A DNA stretch of 37,687 nucleotides. It comes from Fibrobacteria bacterium (GTDB lineage: Bacteria > Fibrobacterota > Fibrobacteria > UBA11236). This document shows, piece by piece, positions 9,200 to 17,995 of the stretch. Numbering within the stretch: position 1 is the stretch's first letter; the number at the start of each line of letters is the position of its first letter. Where the stretch lies: contig JBGTHM010000130.1 of the NCBI GenBank assembly GCA_041746255.1, positions 1 to 37,687 of the forward strand. Reading direction: 5' to 3'. The position numbers were made by a program, and so were the translations under genes. The notes below the pieces were generated by a model, which was given only the letters and a program-made list of their open reading frames with translations, did not search any database and had not been told where the DNA came from.

Positions 9200-9315
9200 C
9201 TGGGTCTAAACAGGCCCACGTAAAAATGCCCTTTTTGGCTTAATTAAGAGGCTTTTTTTAATAAACGGGGCATAAAGGTGAAGTTGAAGTTAAAGCGTGG
9301 CATTAAAGTTTGCAT

Positions 9316-9350
9316 AAAAAAATGACCGGGAGGTACTCCTCCCGGTCATT
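9316..9350 (-). terminator. Intrinsic terminator of flagellin 2
   Basis: Perfect 13-bp stem AATGACCGGGAGG-TACT-CCTCCCGGTCATT (9321-9350) with a U-tract on the minus strand. Confidence 0.88.
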
Positions 9351-9372
9351 GAATAGCTGCACTAAAAGCGGA

Positions 9373-10224
9373 TTATCCCAATAGGGAGAGTACGCTTTGA
9401 GGTGCTTGATTGGCTTGCGCCAACATGGAGGTAGCCGACTGGGTGAGAATCTGAGCGCGCGTAAACTCGGTGGTCTCCTTGGCGAAGTCCACGTCGCGGA
9501 TGCGGCTCTCGGCGTCCTGCGTGTTGTAAATCTGGTTACCCAGATTCGCAATGGCGAATTCAAGCCGGTTTACGTAGGCACCCATGTCGGAGCGCATGGC
9601 GTTAACCGATCCCATGGCCGTATCGATGGCCGTCAAGGCCGCGGTAGCGGCCGCTTGGGTCGTCACGGCGGTTGTATTCGGCGCAAGGCCCAGGGCACCC
9701 AGGGTCATGGCGGAGACGGAAATGGACATGGTGTCGGTAGAAGCATTGGAACCCGCACCGATATGCAGAACGGAATTCGTACCGCCCGTCACACCGAAGG
9801 ACCCGGCTGCGCCGTCAAGCAATGTCATACCGTTATATTCGGCGGAACCGGATATGCGGGTGATTTCGCTCATCAGAGCCTGGAATTCCTGATTGGTATA
9901 GGAACGTTCCGTGGTGGTCAGCGTATCCGTGGCGCTTTGGATAGCCAATTCGCGCATACGTTGCAGGATATTGTTGATTTCCCCTGTCGCGCCTTCCGCA
10001 ATTTGCAGGAGCGCAATGCCGTCTTCGGCATTCGATTTGGCGCGACCCATTCCCCGAACCTGGGAACGGAGCGATTCGGATACCGACAAGCCGGCGGCGT
10101 CATCCGCAGCGCGGTTGATACGCAGACCGGTCGATAGTTTTTCGAGGGACTTGCCCAGGGCGTTGCGCTGGGTGTCCAGAGCGCCTTGGGTGATCATGGA
10201 AGAAATATTGTGATTAATCCGCAT
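9373..10224 (-). CDS. fliC: Flagellin (copy 2, 283 aa)
   Basis: MRINHNISS...QANQAPQSVLSLLG, highly similar to copy 1. The AAGGAGG RBS at 10232-10238 supports ATG 10224. Confidence 0.97.
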   Translation of the reverse strand: MRINHNISSMITQGALDTQRNALGKSLEKLSTGLRINRAADDAAGLSVSESLRSQVRGMGRAKSNAEDGIALLQIAEGATGEINNILQRMRELAIQSATDTLTTTERSYTNQEFQALMSEITRISGSAEYNGMTLLDGAAGSFGVTGGTNSVLHIGAGSNASTDTMSISVSAMTLGALGLAPNTTAVTTQAAATAALTAIDTAMGSVNAMRSDMGAYVNRLEFAIANLGNQIYNTQDAESRIRDVDFAKETTEFTRAQILTQSATSMLAQANQAPQSVLSLLG

Positions 10225-10231
10225 GGGATAA

Positions 10232-10272
10232 CCTCCTTGTTGGGTTTCGAGTCCGGCCACGTCCCTGCGGCC
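10232..10272 (-). promoter_or_regulatory. Putative CsrA-binding leader of flagellin 2
   Basis: The mRNA hairpin GGCCGC-AGGGAC-GUGGCC (10272-10255) presents ANGGA in the loop. A second AAGGA overlaps the Shine-Dalgarno sequence. Confidence 0.65.
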
Positions 10273-10282
10273 TTGTAAATCT

Positions 10283-10310
10283 TCTTCGGAAGAACTCGCG
10301 GATTACTTTA
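10283..10310 (-). promoter_or_regulatory. Sigma-28-like promoter of flagellin 2
   Basis: Minus strand TAAA-N16-TCCGAAGA, located just upstream of the CsrA-like hairpin. Confidence 0.65.
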
Positions 10311-10415
10311 AGGTTTTTACCAGGTTCTGGTTCAAGGTAAGCTTGAATTGGGGATTTTGAGATAAATAGGGTGGGATTCTTGAGAAGGCTGAGTAATTAG
10401 GAAGGTAAATGGGAC

Positions 10416-10443
10416 AAAAAAACCGATCCCCTTGGGATCGGTT
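10416..10443 (-). terminator. Intrinsic terminator of the ferredoxin gene
   Basis: Stem AACCGATCCC-CTT-GGGATCGGTT with a U7 tract on the minus strand. Confidence 0.8.
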
Positions 10444-10495
10444 GAATGGGGACATGAAAAGGTTCTGGGTGCCGGTGGATGGACCACCCGGCAAA

Positions 10496-10723
10496 TTACA
10501 TCGGATTGTCGCGTTTGCCGCTATTGTCGTATTCGATTCCGATGGTGCCTACGGGGCAGCCTTCAGCCGATTCTACGATTTCATCAACCAATTCAAAAAC
10601 GGCCCCCTCTTTAATAATCATTTTTTCGGGGACTTCGAAAACTTCGGGGCATGTCGCTTCGCAAGCGCCGCACATGGTGCATTCATTTTCCGATTCGTCC
10701 AACCACACTCGGGTTATGGCCAT
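10496..10723 (-). CDS. Single-cluster [4Fe-4S]/[3Fe-4S] ferredoxin
   Basis: 75 aa and acidic, with CTMCGACEATCPEVF and a distal GCPVGTI. AGGAG RBS upstream. Confidence 0.9.
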   Translation of the reverse strand: MAITRVWLDESENECTMCGACEATCPEVFEVPEKMIIKEGAVFELVDEIVESAEGCPVGTIGIEYDNSGKRDNPM

Positions 10724-11047
10724 TTTATTAACTCCTGTTTCCTTCTAATATAGGGGTTTGGACAAGAAAATTTACCTAATCCCCAAAAATGAGCCAAATT
10801 ACCCATTTTGCCAAAGTTGCATGGAAAAGTGCCTTGACATTTTATTCTCTTTTAAAATAACACCTTAAACGCACGAATTCAATTCCCTTAAAGGTTTAAA
10901 AAGGAAGGATGCGGTCGAATTCATGAAGGTGAGGAGAGTCTACCGGTCGAATCCATAATAGGCTGATGGCAAACTAACCCATGCAGCTGAACTGTATGTA
11001 GAATTTATATATTTACCCGCCTTTTGGAATTGGGAAGCAGGTTTGGA

Positions 11048-12094
11048 GTGACGCAAAATACCTCAACCAAGGTTCACGTAGGCATTCTCGGGGCTACCGG
11101 GTTTACTGGGCGTGAGTTGATGGGATTGCTTATGCGCCACTCCGAGGTGGAGGTGGATTGGCTCGGCTCTGAATCACAGGCCGGGTGTCCTTATGACGGC
11201 GTCTACCCCCAATTTCTCAATCAAATTCCTAGAGGGGTGAATATCCTGGTGCCGGAATCGGAAGTCCGAGATACCATCCCCGACTTGGTTTTTTCCTGCT
11301 TACCCCATGGAGCCTCGGCACGCCTAATCGCTCCTTTTCTAAAAAATGGAAAAACCCGGGTTATCGATCTCTCCGCGGATTTCCGAATTCGGGATAAAAT
11401 CGCATATGAAAAAGCCTACGGCTCCCACGGTTTGCCCGAATGGGCGGATAAAGGAGAGTATGGTTTATGTGAACTAAACCGGCAAGCGATAAAAAATACC
11501 CGCCTGCTTGCCAATCCAGGTTGCTATCCCACCTCGGTTTTGCTTCCCTTGATTCCATTGCTGCGTGGAGGCATCATCGCCGCTTCCGGCATTATCGTCG
11601 ACGCCAAGTCGGGGGTTTCCGGCGCGGGTAAAAAGGCTACCGATACCACCCACTATTTGAATTGCAACGAATCTGTGGCTGCCTATAAGGTGGGCGATCA
11701 GCATCGGCACCTGGCGGAAATGGAAGAACAGCTCGCTCTCGCTTCCGGTGAAAAGGTCTCGCTCTTGTTCACTCCCCATCTCATGCCCATGGAGCGTGGT
11801 ATTCTTTCCACTATTTATTGTGATTTAAGTTCCGGAAAGGGCGAAGATGAGGCCGAAGCCTGCTTGGCGAAAGCCTATTCTCAGGAACCTTTCGTTCACC
11901 TTAGAAGCGACTTTCCCCGAACCGGCGACGTTTCCAATACCAATCATTGCCATATCAAAGCCTACCAGCCGAAGGGTTCCCGAAAACTGATTCTCGTTTC
12001 GGTAATAGATAATATGGTAAAGGGCGCCTCGGGACAAGCCCTTCAGAATATGAACCTGATGTTCGGGCTTAATCCCGTGACGGGCTTGCTTTAA
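11048..12094 (+). CDS. argC: N-acetyl-gamma-glutamyl-phosphate reductase
   Basis: GATGFTG, CLPHG, IDLSADFR, ANPGCYPT, SGVSGAG and DNMVKGASGQALQNMN. The start is GTG 11048 (alternative TTG 11024). Confidence 0.96.
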   Translation: MTQNTSTKVHVGILGATGFTGRELMGLLMRHSEVEVDWLGSESQAGCPYDGVYPQFLNQIPRGVNILVPESEVRDTIPDLVFSCLPHGASARLIAPFLKNGKTRVIDLSADFRIRDKIAYEKAYGSHGLPEWADKGEYGLCELNRQAIKNTRLLANPGCYPTSVLLPLIPLLRGGIIAASGIIVDAKSGVSGAGKKATDTTHYLNCNESVAAYKVGDQHRHLAEMEEQLALASGEKVSLLFTPHLMPMERGILSTIYCDLSSGKGEDEAEACLAKAYSQEPFVHLRSDFPRTGDVSNTNHCHIKAYQPKGSRKLILVSVIDNMVKGASGQALQNMNLMFGLNPVTGLL

Positions 12095-12113
12095 TGCCGG
12101 TGGCGATCTGTAC

Positions 12114-12911
12114 ATGAACGACGGCGTATTGCAATCCACCATCCTGGTCAAAATCGGCGGCTCAATGATGGAGCATGATGATGACTTGCGTGATTTGTGC
12201 CGGGTTTTGGCGGAGATGAAAAATGAGGGGCTTACCCTGATTCTCGCCCATGGCGGGGGCAAAGATATCAATCGCCATCTCGCCTGGCTTCAGGAAGAAC
12301 CCGTTTTCCGCGATGGATTACGGGTCACCACATCCGAGGGGATGCGGTTAGTGGAGATGACTTTGAGCGGCCTGGTGAACAAGAAGTTGGTGGGTTACCT
12401 CAACGTCCATGGAGCCGACGCGGTAGGTATCAGCGGGGTGGACGGAACCCTACTGCTTTGCGAGCCCATTCATCCTGATTTGGGACGCGTGGGACGAGTG
12501 GTCTCCGTGAGAACCCGGCTCCTGGAATCGCTGGTGGCAGGGGGGCATCTTCCCGTGGTATCTCCCATCTCCGTCGACGCGAAGCAGGAGCATTACAACG
12601 TGAATGCCGACGATGCGGCAGGCGCCTTGGCTCGAGCCTTGAAGGCGGTGAAATTGGTATTCGTTTCCGATGTCGAGGGTGTCCAAGACAAAAATAAGCA
12701 CCGCATCGAGCGAATCCGGCCCGAAGAAATCGAGTCTTTGATTACCGACGGAGTGGCATCGGGAGGGATGATTCCCAAATTGCATTCCTGCCGCGAAGCC
12801 TTACAACAGGGTGTTGGCGAAGTGCATATCTGCGCCTGGCGAGGCGCCGGCTCCTTCGCGGAGCAATTGCGGGGAAAGCGGAATCATGGAACCATCCTTT
12901 CGATTAACTGA
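12114..12911 (+). CDS. argB: Acetylglutamate kinase
   Basis: VKIGGS, HGGGKDI, GLRVT, NVNADDAA, SDVEGV and GGMIPKL. Confidence 0.96.
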   Translation: MNDGVLQSTILVKIGGSMMEHDDDLRDLCRVLAEMKNEGLTLILAHGGGKDINRHLAWLQEEPVFRDGLRVTTSEGMRLVEMTLSGLVNKKLVGYLNVHGADAVGISGVDGTLLLCEPIHPDLGRVGRVVSVRTRLLESLVAGGHLPVVSPISVDAKQEHYNVNADDAAGALARALKAVKLVFVSDVEGVQDKNKHRIERIRPEEIESLITDGVASGGMIPKLHSCREALQQGVGEVHICAWRGAGSFAEQLRGKRNHGTILSIN

Positions 12912-14118
12912 ATCCATTGCCCGCGATCGCGCCGACTTATTGCAGAATTACGGCCCCCGCGAGTTGCAACTGGTCAAAGGCGAAGGCAGTTATGTTTTCG
13001 ACTCGGAGGGAAACCGATACCTGGACTGCATCGGCGGAATAGCCGTGCAGGCATTGGGGCATGGTTTTCCCGCGGTGGTGGCGGCCATAAAAAAACAATG
13101 CGATGCCTTTATTCATGTCAGCAATCTTTACTTGCAGGCCCCGCAACTGGAATTGGCGGGTCTTCTCAAAGACCGTACTGGATGCGACCGGGTATTTTTC
13201 TGCAATAGCGGAACCGAAGCCAATGAAGCCGCCATCAAATTCGCGCGCCGTTATTTCTCTTCGCGAGGCGAGGACTCACGCTTCGAAATCATCACCTTCG
13301 AGTCTTCCTTCCATGGGCGTACTTATGGATCGCTGGCGGCCACGGGCCAGCCTAAAATCAAACAGGGATTCGGACCCCTTCCCGGAGGGTTCCGAACTCT
13401 AGCCGCAAATGATTCCAAGGCTTTGCTCCAGGCGGTGCATGAGGGGACGGCGGCCGTCCTGTTCGAGCCGATTTTGGCCGAAGGAGGAATCATTGCCCTT
13501 TCCCCGGAAATGGGTGAAGCCTTGCTCGAATTGCAATCGCGGGGCATATTGCTCATTGCGGACGAGATCCAGACGGGATTGTATCGGACAGGTCCCTTTT
13601 TGGCCAGTGAACGACTCGGCGTTAAGCCTGATCTTGTCACTTTGGCAAAACCCCTGGGGGGAGGACTTCCCTTAGGTGCGGTATTGCTGACCCAGCAGAT
13701 TGCCGACGCGATTGCGCCGGGTGATCATGGAACCACATTCGGCGGGAACCCCGTGGCCTGCGCTGCGGGGGTGGCCGTGCTGCACGAGCTAGACCGTCCG
13801 GGTTTCGCAGAAGGGCGGGCTCAAAACGGTGAATTGCTGCGGAAAACCCTAACAGCCAAACTTTCGGATCATCCCGATTTGGCTCCGGAGCCTCTTAGAG
13901 GCCGGGGTTTTTTATTGGGATTCCGTTTTACCGGCGATGTGGCCGAACTCATGCGCTTATGCCGAAGGCGAGGCGTTTTGGTGTACAAAGCCGGAAACGA
14001 CGTGATTCGCCTGCTTCCTCCCCTGAACGTATCGGGGGCGGAAATCGAGGAACTGGTTGCGGCCCTTGCGGGCGCGTTGGTAGAATATGCAAGTCTCCAA
14101 CGTGTCCGGGTCCCGTGA
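12886..14118 (+). CDS. argD: Acetylornithine aminotransferase
   Basis: Class III PLP motifs YLDCIGGIAV, NSGTEANEAAIK, FHGRT, DEIQTG, AKPLGGG and HGTTFGGNP. ATG 12886 overlaps the end of argB. Confidence 0.95.
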   Translation: MEPSFRLTESIARDRADLLQNYGPRELQLVKGEGSYVFDSEGNRYLDCIGGIAVQALGHGFPAVVAAIKKQCDAFIHVSNLYLQAPQLELAGLLKDRTGCDRVFFCNSGTEANEAAIKFARRYFSSRGEDSRFEIITFESSFHGRTYGSLAATGQPKIKQGFGPLPGGFRTLAANDSKALLQAVHEGTAAVLFEPILAEGGIIALSPEMGEALLELQSRGILLIADEIQTGLYRTGPFLASERLGVKPDLVTLAKPLGGGLPLGAVLLTQQIADAIAPGDHGTTFGGNPVACAAGVAVLHELDRPGFAEGRAQNGELLRKTLTAKLSDHPDLAPEPLRGRGFLLGFRFTGDVAELMRLCRRRGVLVYKAGNDVIRLLPPLNVSGAEIEELVAALAGALVEYASLQRVRVP

Positions 14119-14642
14119 CGAAAATATTCAAGAAAATCCAACGCAACTACAAGTCCGGGGAAATGATCTTCCGTGAGGGGGATCCCTGCGACGGGGTATA
14201 CAGCATTCTATCCGGAATGGTATCGGTTTACAAAACCATGCCGGCGGAGATGAACATCATCCATGTGGAATTGGCCCGGTTGGGCCCGGGAGCATTGTTC
14301 GGCGAAATGGGAATATTTCAGCCCGGGGGCCGTCGGGATGCGAATGTGAAAGCCTTGGAATTCACGCAAATCATCATCATCACACCCGCCATGCTCGAAG
14401 AACAAATCGGCAAACTTCCCTCTTGGGCGGGAAATTTCTTTCGGATTCTGGTGGAACGCTTGCAAATCACCAACGAACGTCTTTTGGACGCGACCGCTAA
14501 ATTACAAGAGAGAGAAGCTTCCGTGCATGTCCCCGAATCCGCAACCGCCGCGGACGACGTCCAGGAAAAACAGTCCAATCCCAGTACGCTAGAGGATGAA
14601 ATACGCTCCTCCGCCGGCCTCTTCGCAGATCCGCCGGAATGA
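14115..14642 (+). CDS. Cyclic-nucleotide-binding (cNMP/Crp-type) domain protein without an HTH
   Basis: IFREGDPCDGVYSILSGMVSV...LGPGALFGEMGIF...RDANVKA, then a C-helix and an acidic tail. GTGA start/stop overlap with argD at 14115-14118. Confidence 0.85.
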   Translation: MTKIFKKIQRNYKSGEMIFREGDPCDGVYSILSGMVSVYKTMPAEMNIIHVELARLGPGALFGEMGIFQPGGRRDANVKALEFTQIIIITPAMLEEQIGKLPSWAGNFFRILVERLQITNERLLDATAKLQEREASVHVPESATAADDVQEKQSNPSTLEDEIRSSAGLFADPPE

Positions 14643-14646
14643 ATTT

Positions 14647-15327
14647 CTAGTCCGACAGGACGGAAACCGCCAAAATTTCCCGCAGCCATGTGAGCAGGTC
14701 ATGTTCCACTTCGTCGGGGCATTCCTCGAAAGCATGCCCGCACTGCGGATACGACTTGATGGCCTTGGGTTCGTGAGCGCGATGGTACACGTCGAAGGAA
14801 CAGGCTTCCGGCAATACCGAATCCTTCGCGCCATGTAAAAGCAACAGCGGCCTGGGACTGAGGTTGGAAACCAGGCTGGTACCATAACTTTGCGTCGCCA
14901 ATCCCGCTACGGCCACCACCTTTTCATGCATGGCTCCGGCATTGATGACCACGGCCGCGCCAAAAGAATGCCCGACAAGGGCGATACGACTTCGGCCCTG
15001 CATGAGGAGAAATTCTATACCGTGAAAGGCGTCGAGGATGCTGTCGTAAAGGTGTCCGGCCCGGCGTAATCCCAAGCGCAAAGAGGCGATACTTTCACGC
15101 CCCAAAACTTCCGCCATGCGAGCGTAGAGCCCCCCGGCCGGCATATCGAATCCGCCTCCGACCCCTCCCACCCATAAGACCGCGGCTTCACCGGGTTCCC
15201 CGGGATGAAACCGGCATTCGATGCGGCCATGGCTGGTTTCCAAATTAACCGCTTCTACGCCGTCGCGCATCGGCCCTTCTTCCACCGAAATCACTTGTAC
15301 CGATTGGGTTAGTTTTTTTTCGGGCAT
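14647..15327 (-). CDS. Alpha/beta-fold hydrolase
   Basis: GHSFG nucleophile elbow, LLLHGAKD (Asp) and GHAF (His). The start is uncertain (15327 or 15408). Confidence 0.85.
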   Translation of the reverse strand: MPEKKLTQSVQVISVEEGPMRDGVEAVNLETSHGRIECRFHPGEPGEAAVLWVGGVGGGFDMPAGGLYARMAEVLGRESIASLRLGLRRAGHLYDSILDAFHGIEFLLMQGRSRIALVGHSFGAAVVINAGAMHEKVVAVAGLATQSYGTSLVSNLSPRPLLLLHGAKDSVLPEACSFDVYHRAHEPKAIKSYPQCGHAFEECPDEVEHDLLTWLREILAVSVLSD

Positions 15328-15536
15328 ATATTTCCCCTTCCCCTCGGACGGGAGGTGAGGCGCCGAATCGGCGCTTTCCACCCCCATGGGCAAAATAAAT
15401 GCTTCCAAGGTCCGTTAATAGTGTTTTCGGTCCCGCGCTTGCTTGGGGAGGCGAGGTGCGCTTGACGGGGGCTTCAAGCCGGCCACGCAAGAATTACATT
15501 TACCAGCTAAAGATTAACCAAAGGACGCGCGTTTTC

Positions 15537-16805
15537 ATGGCCAAGCAGAAAGAGAAAAAACCGACGAAAAAACCAGGGAAAAAAAAGGTGGTACTGGCCT
15601 ATTCGGGCGGACTGGATACCTCGGTTATCATCCCCTGGCTAATCGAGAATTATGACGTGGAAGTCATCGCTTTCGCGGCCGATATCGGCCAAGGTAAAAT
15701 CGAAGTGGATCCCCTGAAGCGCAAAGCGCTGGCTACGGGTGCGAGCAAATGTCATGTGCTCGACTTGCGCCGCGAGTTTCTGGAAGAGTATGTCTGGCCC
15801 ACCCTCAAGGCAGGCGCAAAATATGAAGGCAACTACCTGCTGGGAACTTCCATGGCGCGCCCGCTCATAGCGAAACACCAGGTGCTGATCGCTGAAAAGG
15901 AAGGCGCCTACGCGGTATCCCATGGCGCTACCGGCAAGGGAAACGACCAGGTGCGCTTCGAGCTCACCTATATGGCCATGAACCCCAAGCTGACCATCAT
16001 CGCTCCCTGGAAAGATCCCAAATGGCATATCCGCTCGCGCGAAGACGCCATCGAATACGCAGAAGCGCGCAAGATACCCCTTACGGTTTCGCGTAAAAAA
16101 ATCTATTCCGAAGATGGTAACCTCTGGCATCTCTCCCACGAGGGCGGCGTGTTGGAATACCCGGGAAAAGAGCATCGCTTCGATATGCTCAAGCTCACGA
16201 CCATTCCCGAAAAGGCCCCGGCCACCTCGGGTTACGTCACCCTCGATTTCGTAAAAGGGATTCCCACGGCGGTCAACGGTAAAAAGAAGGACGCCGTCTC
16301 CCTGCTGGAGGAGTTGAATACCATCGGAGGCAAGTATGGTTGTGGCCTGGTGGACATGGTGGAAAATCGCCTGGTCGGCATGAAATCGCGGGGAGTATAC
16401 GAGACGCCGGGGGGCGTCCTGCTGTATCGGGCGCATGAGTTGCTGGAACAATTGGTTCTTGACCGCGATACCCAGGCGTTCAAACGCTTGGTGGCCGAGA
16501 AATACGCCCAAATGGTTTATGACGGTCTCTGGTTCACCCCCTTGCGTGAAGCCTTGGACAGTTTCGTCGATTCCACCCAGAAGGTTGTGACGGGCCAAGT
16601 CACCTTGCGCCTATACAAGGGAAATATCTTTTTGGCCAAGATGGAAAGCCCCTTCTCGCTTTACGATGCCGGTTTGGGCGGCTTCAGTGATGTGGAAATG
16701 TATAACCAGCAAGACGCGAACGGATTCATCCGATGCTTGGGGCTGCCTCTCAAGACTCGGGCCCTGTTGCTTAAAAGCGACCGTGCCGGAAGAAAAGGTT
16801 CCTGA
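15537..16805 (+). CDS. argG: Argininosuccinate synthase
   Basis: LAYSGGLDTS, HGATGKGNDQVRFE, ENRLVGMKSRGVYETPGG. Confidence 0.98.
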   Translation: MAKQKEKKPTKKPGKKKVVLAYSGGLDTSVIIPWLIENYDVEVIAFAADIGQGKIEVDPLKRKALATGASKCHVLDLRREFLEEYVWPTLKAGAKYEGNYLLGTSMARPLIAKHQVLIAEKEGAYAVSHGATGKGNDQVRFELTYMAMNPKLTIIAPWKDPKWHIRSREDAIEYAEARKIPLTVSRKKIYSEDGNLWHLSHEGGVLEYPGKEHRFDMLKLTTIPEKAPATSGYVTLDFVKGIPTAVNGKKKDAVSLLEELNTIGGKYGCGLVDMVENRLVGMKSRGVYETPGGVLLYRAHELLEQLVLDRDTQAFKRLVAEKYAQMVYDGLWFTPLREALDSFVDSTQKVVTGQVTLRLYKGNIFLAKMESPFSLYDAGLGGFSDVEMYNQQDANGFIRCLGLPLKTRALLLKSDRAGRKGS

Positions 16806-17510
16806 TTGCGACTGGGGGTATTGCTGCCGGCTGGCGGGGCGGGGTTGCGCATGGGCGGAACACGGCCCAAGCAATTCCGTGAATTCGCGGATGGCGAAGC
16901 CGTTCTCCACTTATCCATCGATACTTTCCATGACCTCGAGGCCGTCGGGCAAATCGTATTGATTCTACCCGCGCTTAATTTCGAAACCGCACGCGACGCT
17001 TTGCCGCTCGAAAGATGGCCCAAGCTCGTGACGGTTCCGGGAGGCGAGCAGCGCTGGGAATCGGTCGCCCTGGGATTCGAGGCCTTGGACAAATCGTATT
17101 CGCATGTTCTGATTCATGATGTGGCCCGACCGTTCGTAACGGCAGGCTGCATCCGACGTTGCATGGAGGTTCTCGCCGGGGGCGAATGCGTATTAGCGGC
17201 GCTGCCGGCCACCGACACGGTAAAAGAAGTGGAAGGCGACGCCGTGGTGCGCACTTTGGACAGAAGCCGCCTGGTTTTGGTGCAGACTCCCCAGGGTTTT
17301 CCCCGCGCGGTGCTCGCGGCTTTATACGCGCGCGATTGGAGCGGTTCGGCGCCGACCGACGAAGCCCAGATGGCCGAAGCGGCCGGTTTCAAAGTGCATT
17401 GGGTCAAGGGTCATGATCGCAACCGCAAGCTCACGCACGGCGAGGATTGGGATTGGGCGCAATGGACGCGTGAACGGATTTTGCAGGGTCAGGCGGAACA
17501 GGATGATTAA
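16806..17510 (+). CDS. ispD: 2-C-methyl-D-erythritol 4-phosphate cytidylyltransferase
   Basis: PAGGAGLRMG..PKQF, GGEQRWESV, IHDVARPF, DTVK, QTPQGF and TDEA. The TTG start abuts the argG stop. Confidence 0.93.
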   Translation: MRLGVLLPAGGAGLRMGGTRPKQFREFADGEAVLHLSIDTFHDLEAVGQIVLILPALNFETARDALPLERWPKLVTVPGGEQRWESVALGFEALDKSYSHVLIHDVARPFVTAGCIRRCMEVLAGGECVLAALPATDTVKEVEGDAVVRTLDRSRLVLVQTPQGFPRAVLAALYARDWSGSAPTDEAQMAEAAGFKVHWVKGHDRNRKLTHGEDWDWAQWTRERILQGQAEQDD

Positions 17511-17994
17511 AATCGGTATTGGTCAAGACAGTCACCGCATAGTGGAAGAAGCGGAGAACGCCGATAAAAAGCCGCTGCTTCTGGGAGGGCATACTCTTCC
17601 GGTAACTTACGCTCTGGCCGGCAACAGTGATGCCGACGTGCTGTTGCATGCCGCGACCAATGCCCTTTCCGGAATCACGGGCCGGCCGGTTCTGGGTCCC
17701 GTAGCCGACGCATTATGCCGGCAGGGAATCAAAGACAGCGCAGTCTATTTGCGTAAAGCATTACAGGATTTACATGCCCTAGGCTATTCCCTTACCCATC
17801 TTTCGCTTTCAGTGGAATGCGCCCGACCCAAAATCCTTCCCCATATGGAACAAATCCGGCGGAGCATGGCGGTGTTGGCGGGAATTCCGGTCGAGGATAT
17901 CGGAATCACGGCGACCAGCGGCGAAGGTTTGACCGATTTCGGTAAAGGATTGGGAATACAGGCCATTTGCACGGCAACCGCGCAGCGGCGATAA
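17503..17994 (+). CDS. ispF: 2-C-methyl-D-erythritol 2,4-cyclodiphosphate synthase
   Basis: IGIGQDSHR, SDADVLLHA, RPKI and ATSGEGL. It overlaps the end of ispD. Confidence 0.92.
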   Translation: MIKIGIGQDSHRIVEEAENADKKPLLLGGHTLPVTYALAGNSDADVLLHAATNALSGITGRPVLGPVADALCRQGIKDSAVYLRKALQDLHALGYSLTHLSLSVECARPKILPHMEQIRRSMAVLAGIPVEDIGITATSGEGLTDFGKGLGIQAICTATAQRR

Positions 17995-17995
17995 G

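Noticed and set aside
8272..10213. Long plus-strand ORFs (242 and 246 aa) mirrored in both flagellins
   Set aside because: Antisense shadows of two near-identical genes with biased codon usage. They have no RBS or recognisable motifs.
10834..10858. TTGACA...TAAAAT as a standard sigma-70 promoter
   Set aside because: The spacer is only 13 bp and no good -10 lies at 16-18 bp, so it was not called as a feature.
10978..11020. Possible ArgR ARG box upstream of argC (and the similar GAATTACATTTACC before argG)
   Set aside because: It does not fit TGAAT-N4-ATTCA in spacing or sequence, and is more likely an AT-rich -10 region.
15639..16598. 319-aa antisense ORF in argG (likewise 29933-30820 over truA, 34192-35010 over pheA, 36371-37012 over trkA)
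   Set aside because: They overlap well-conserved genes on the opposite strand and are typical stop-poor antisense frames of GC-rich coding DNA.
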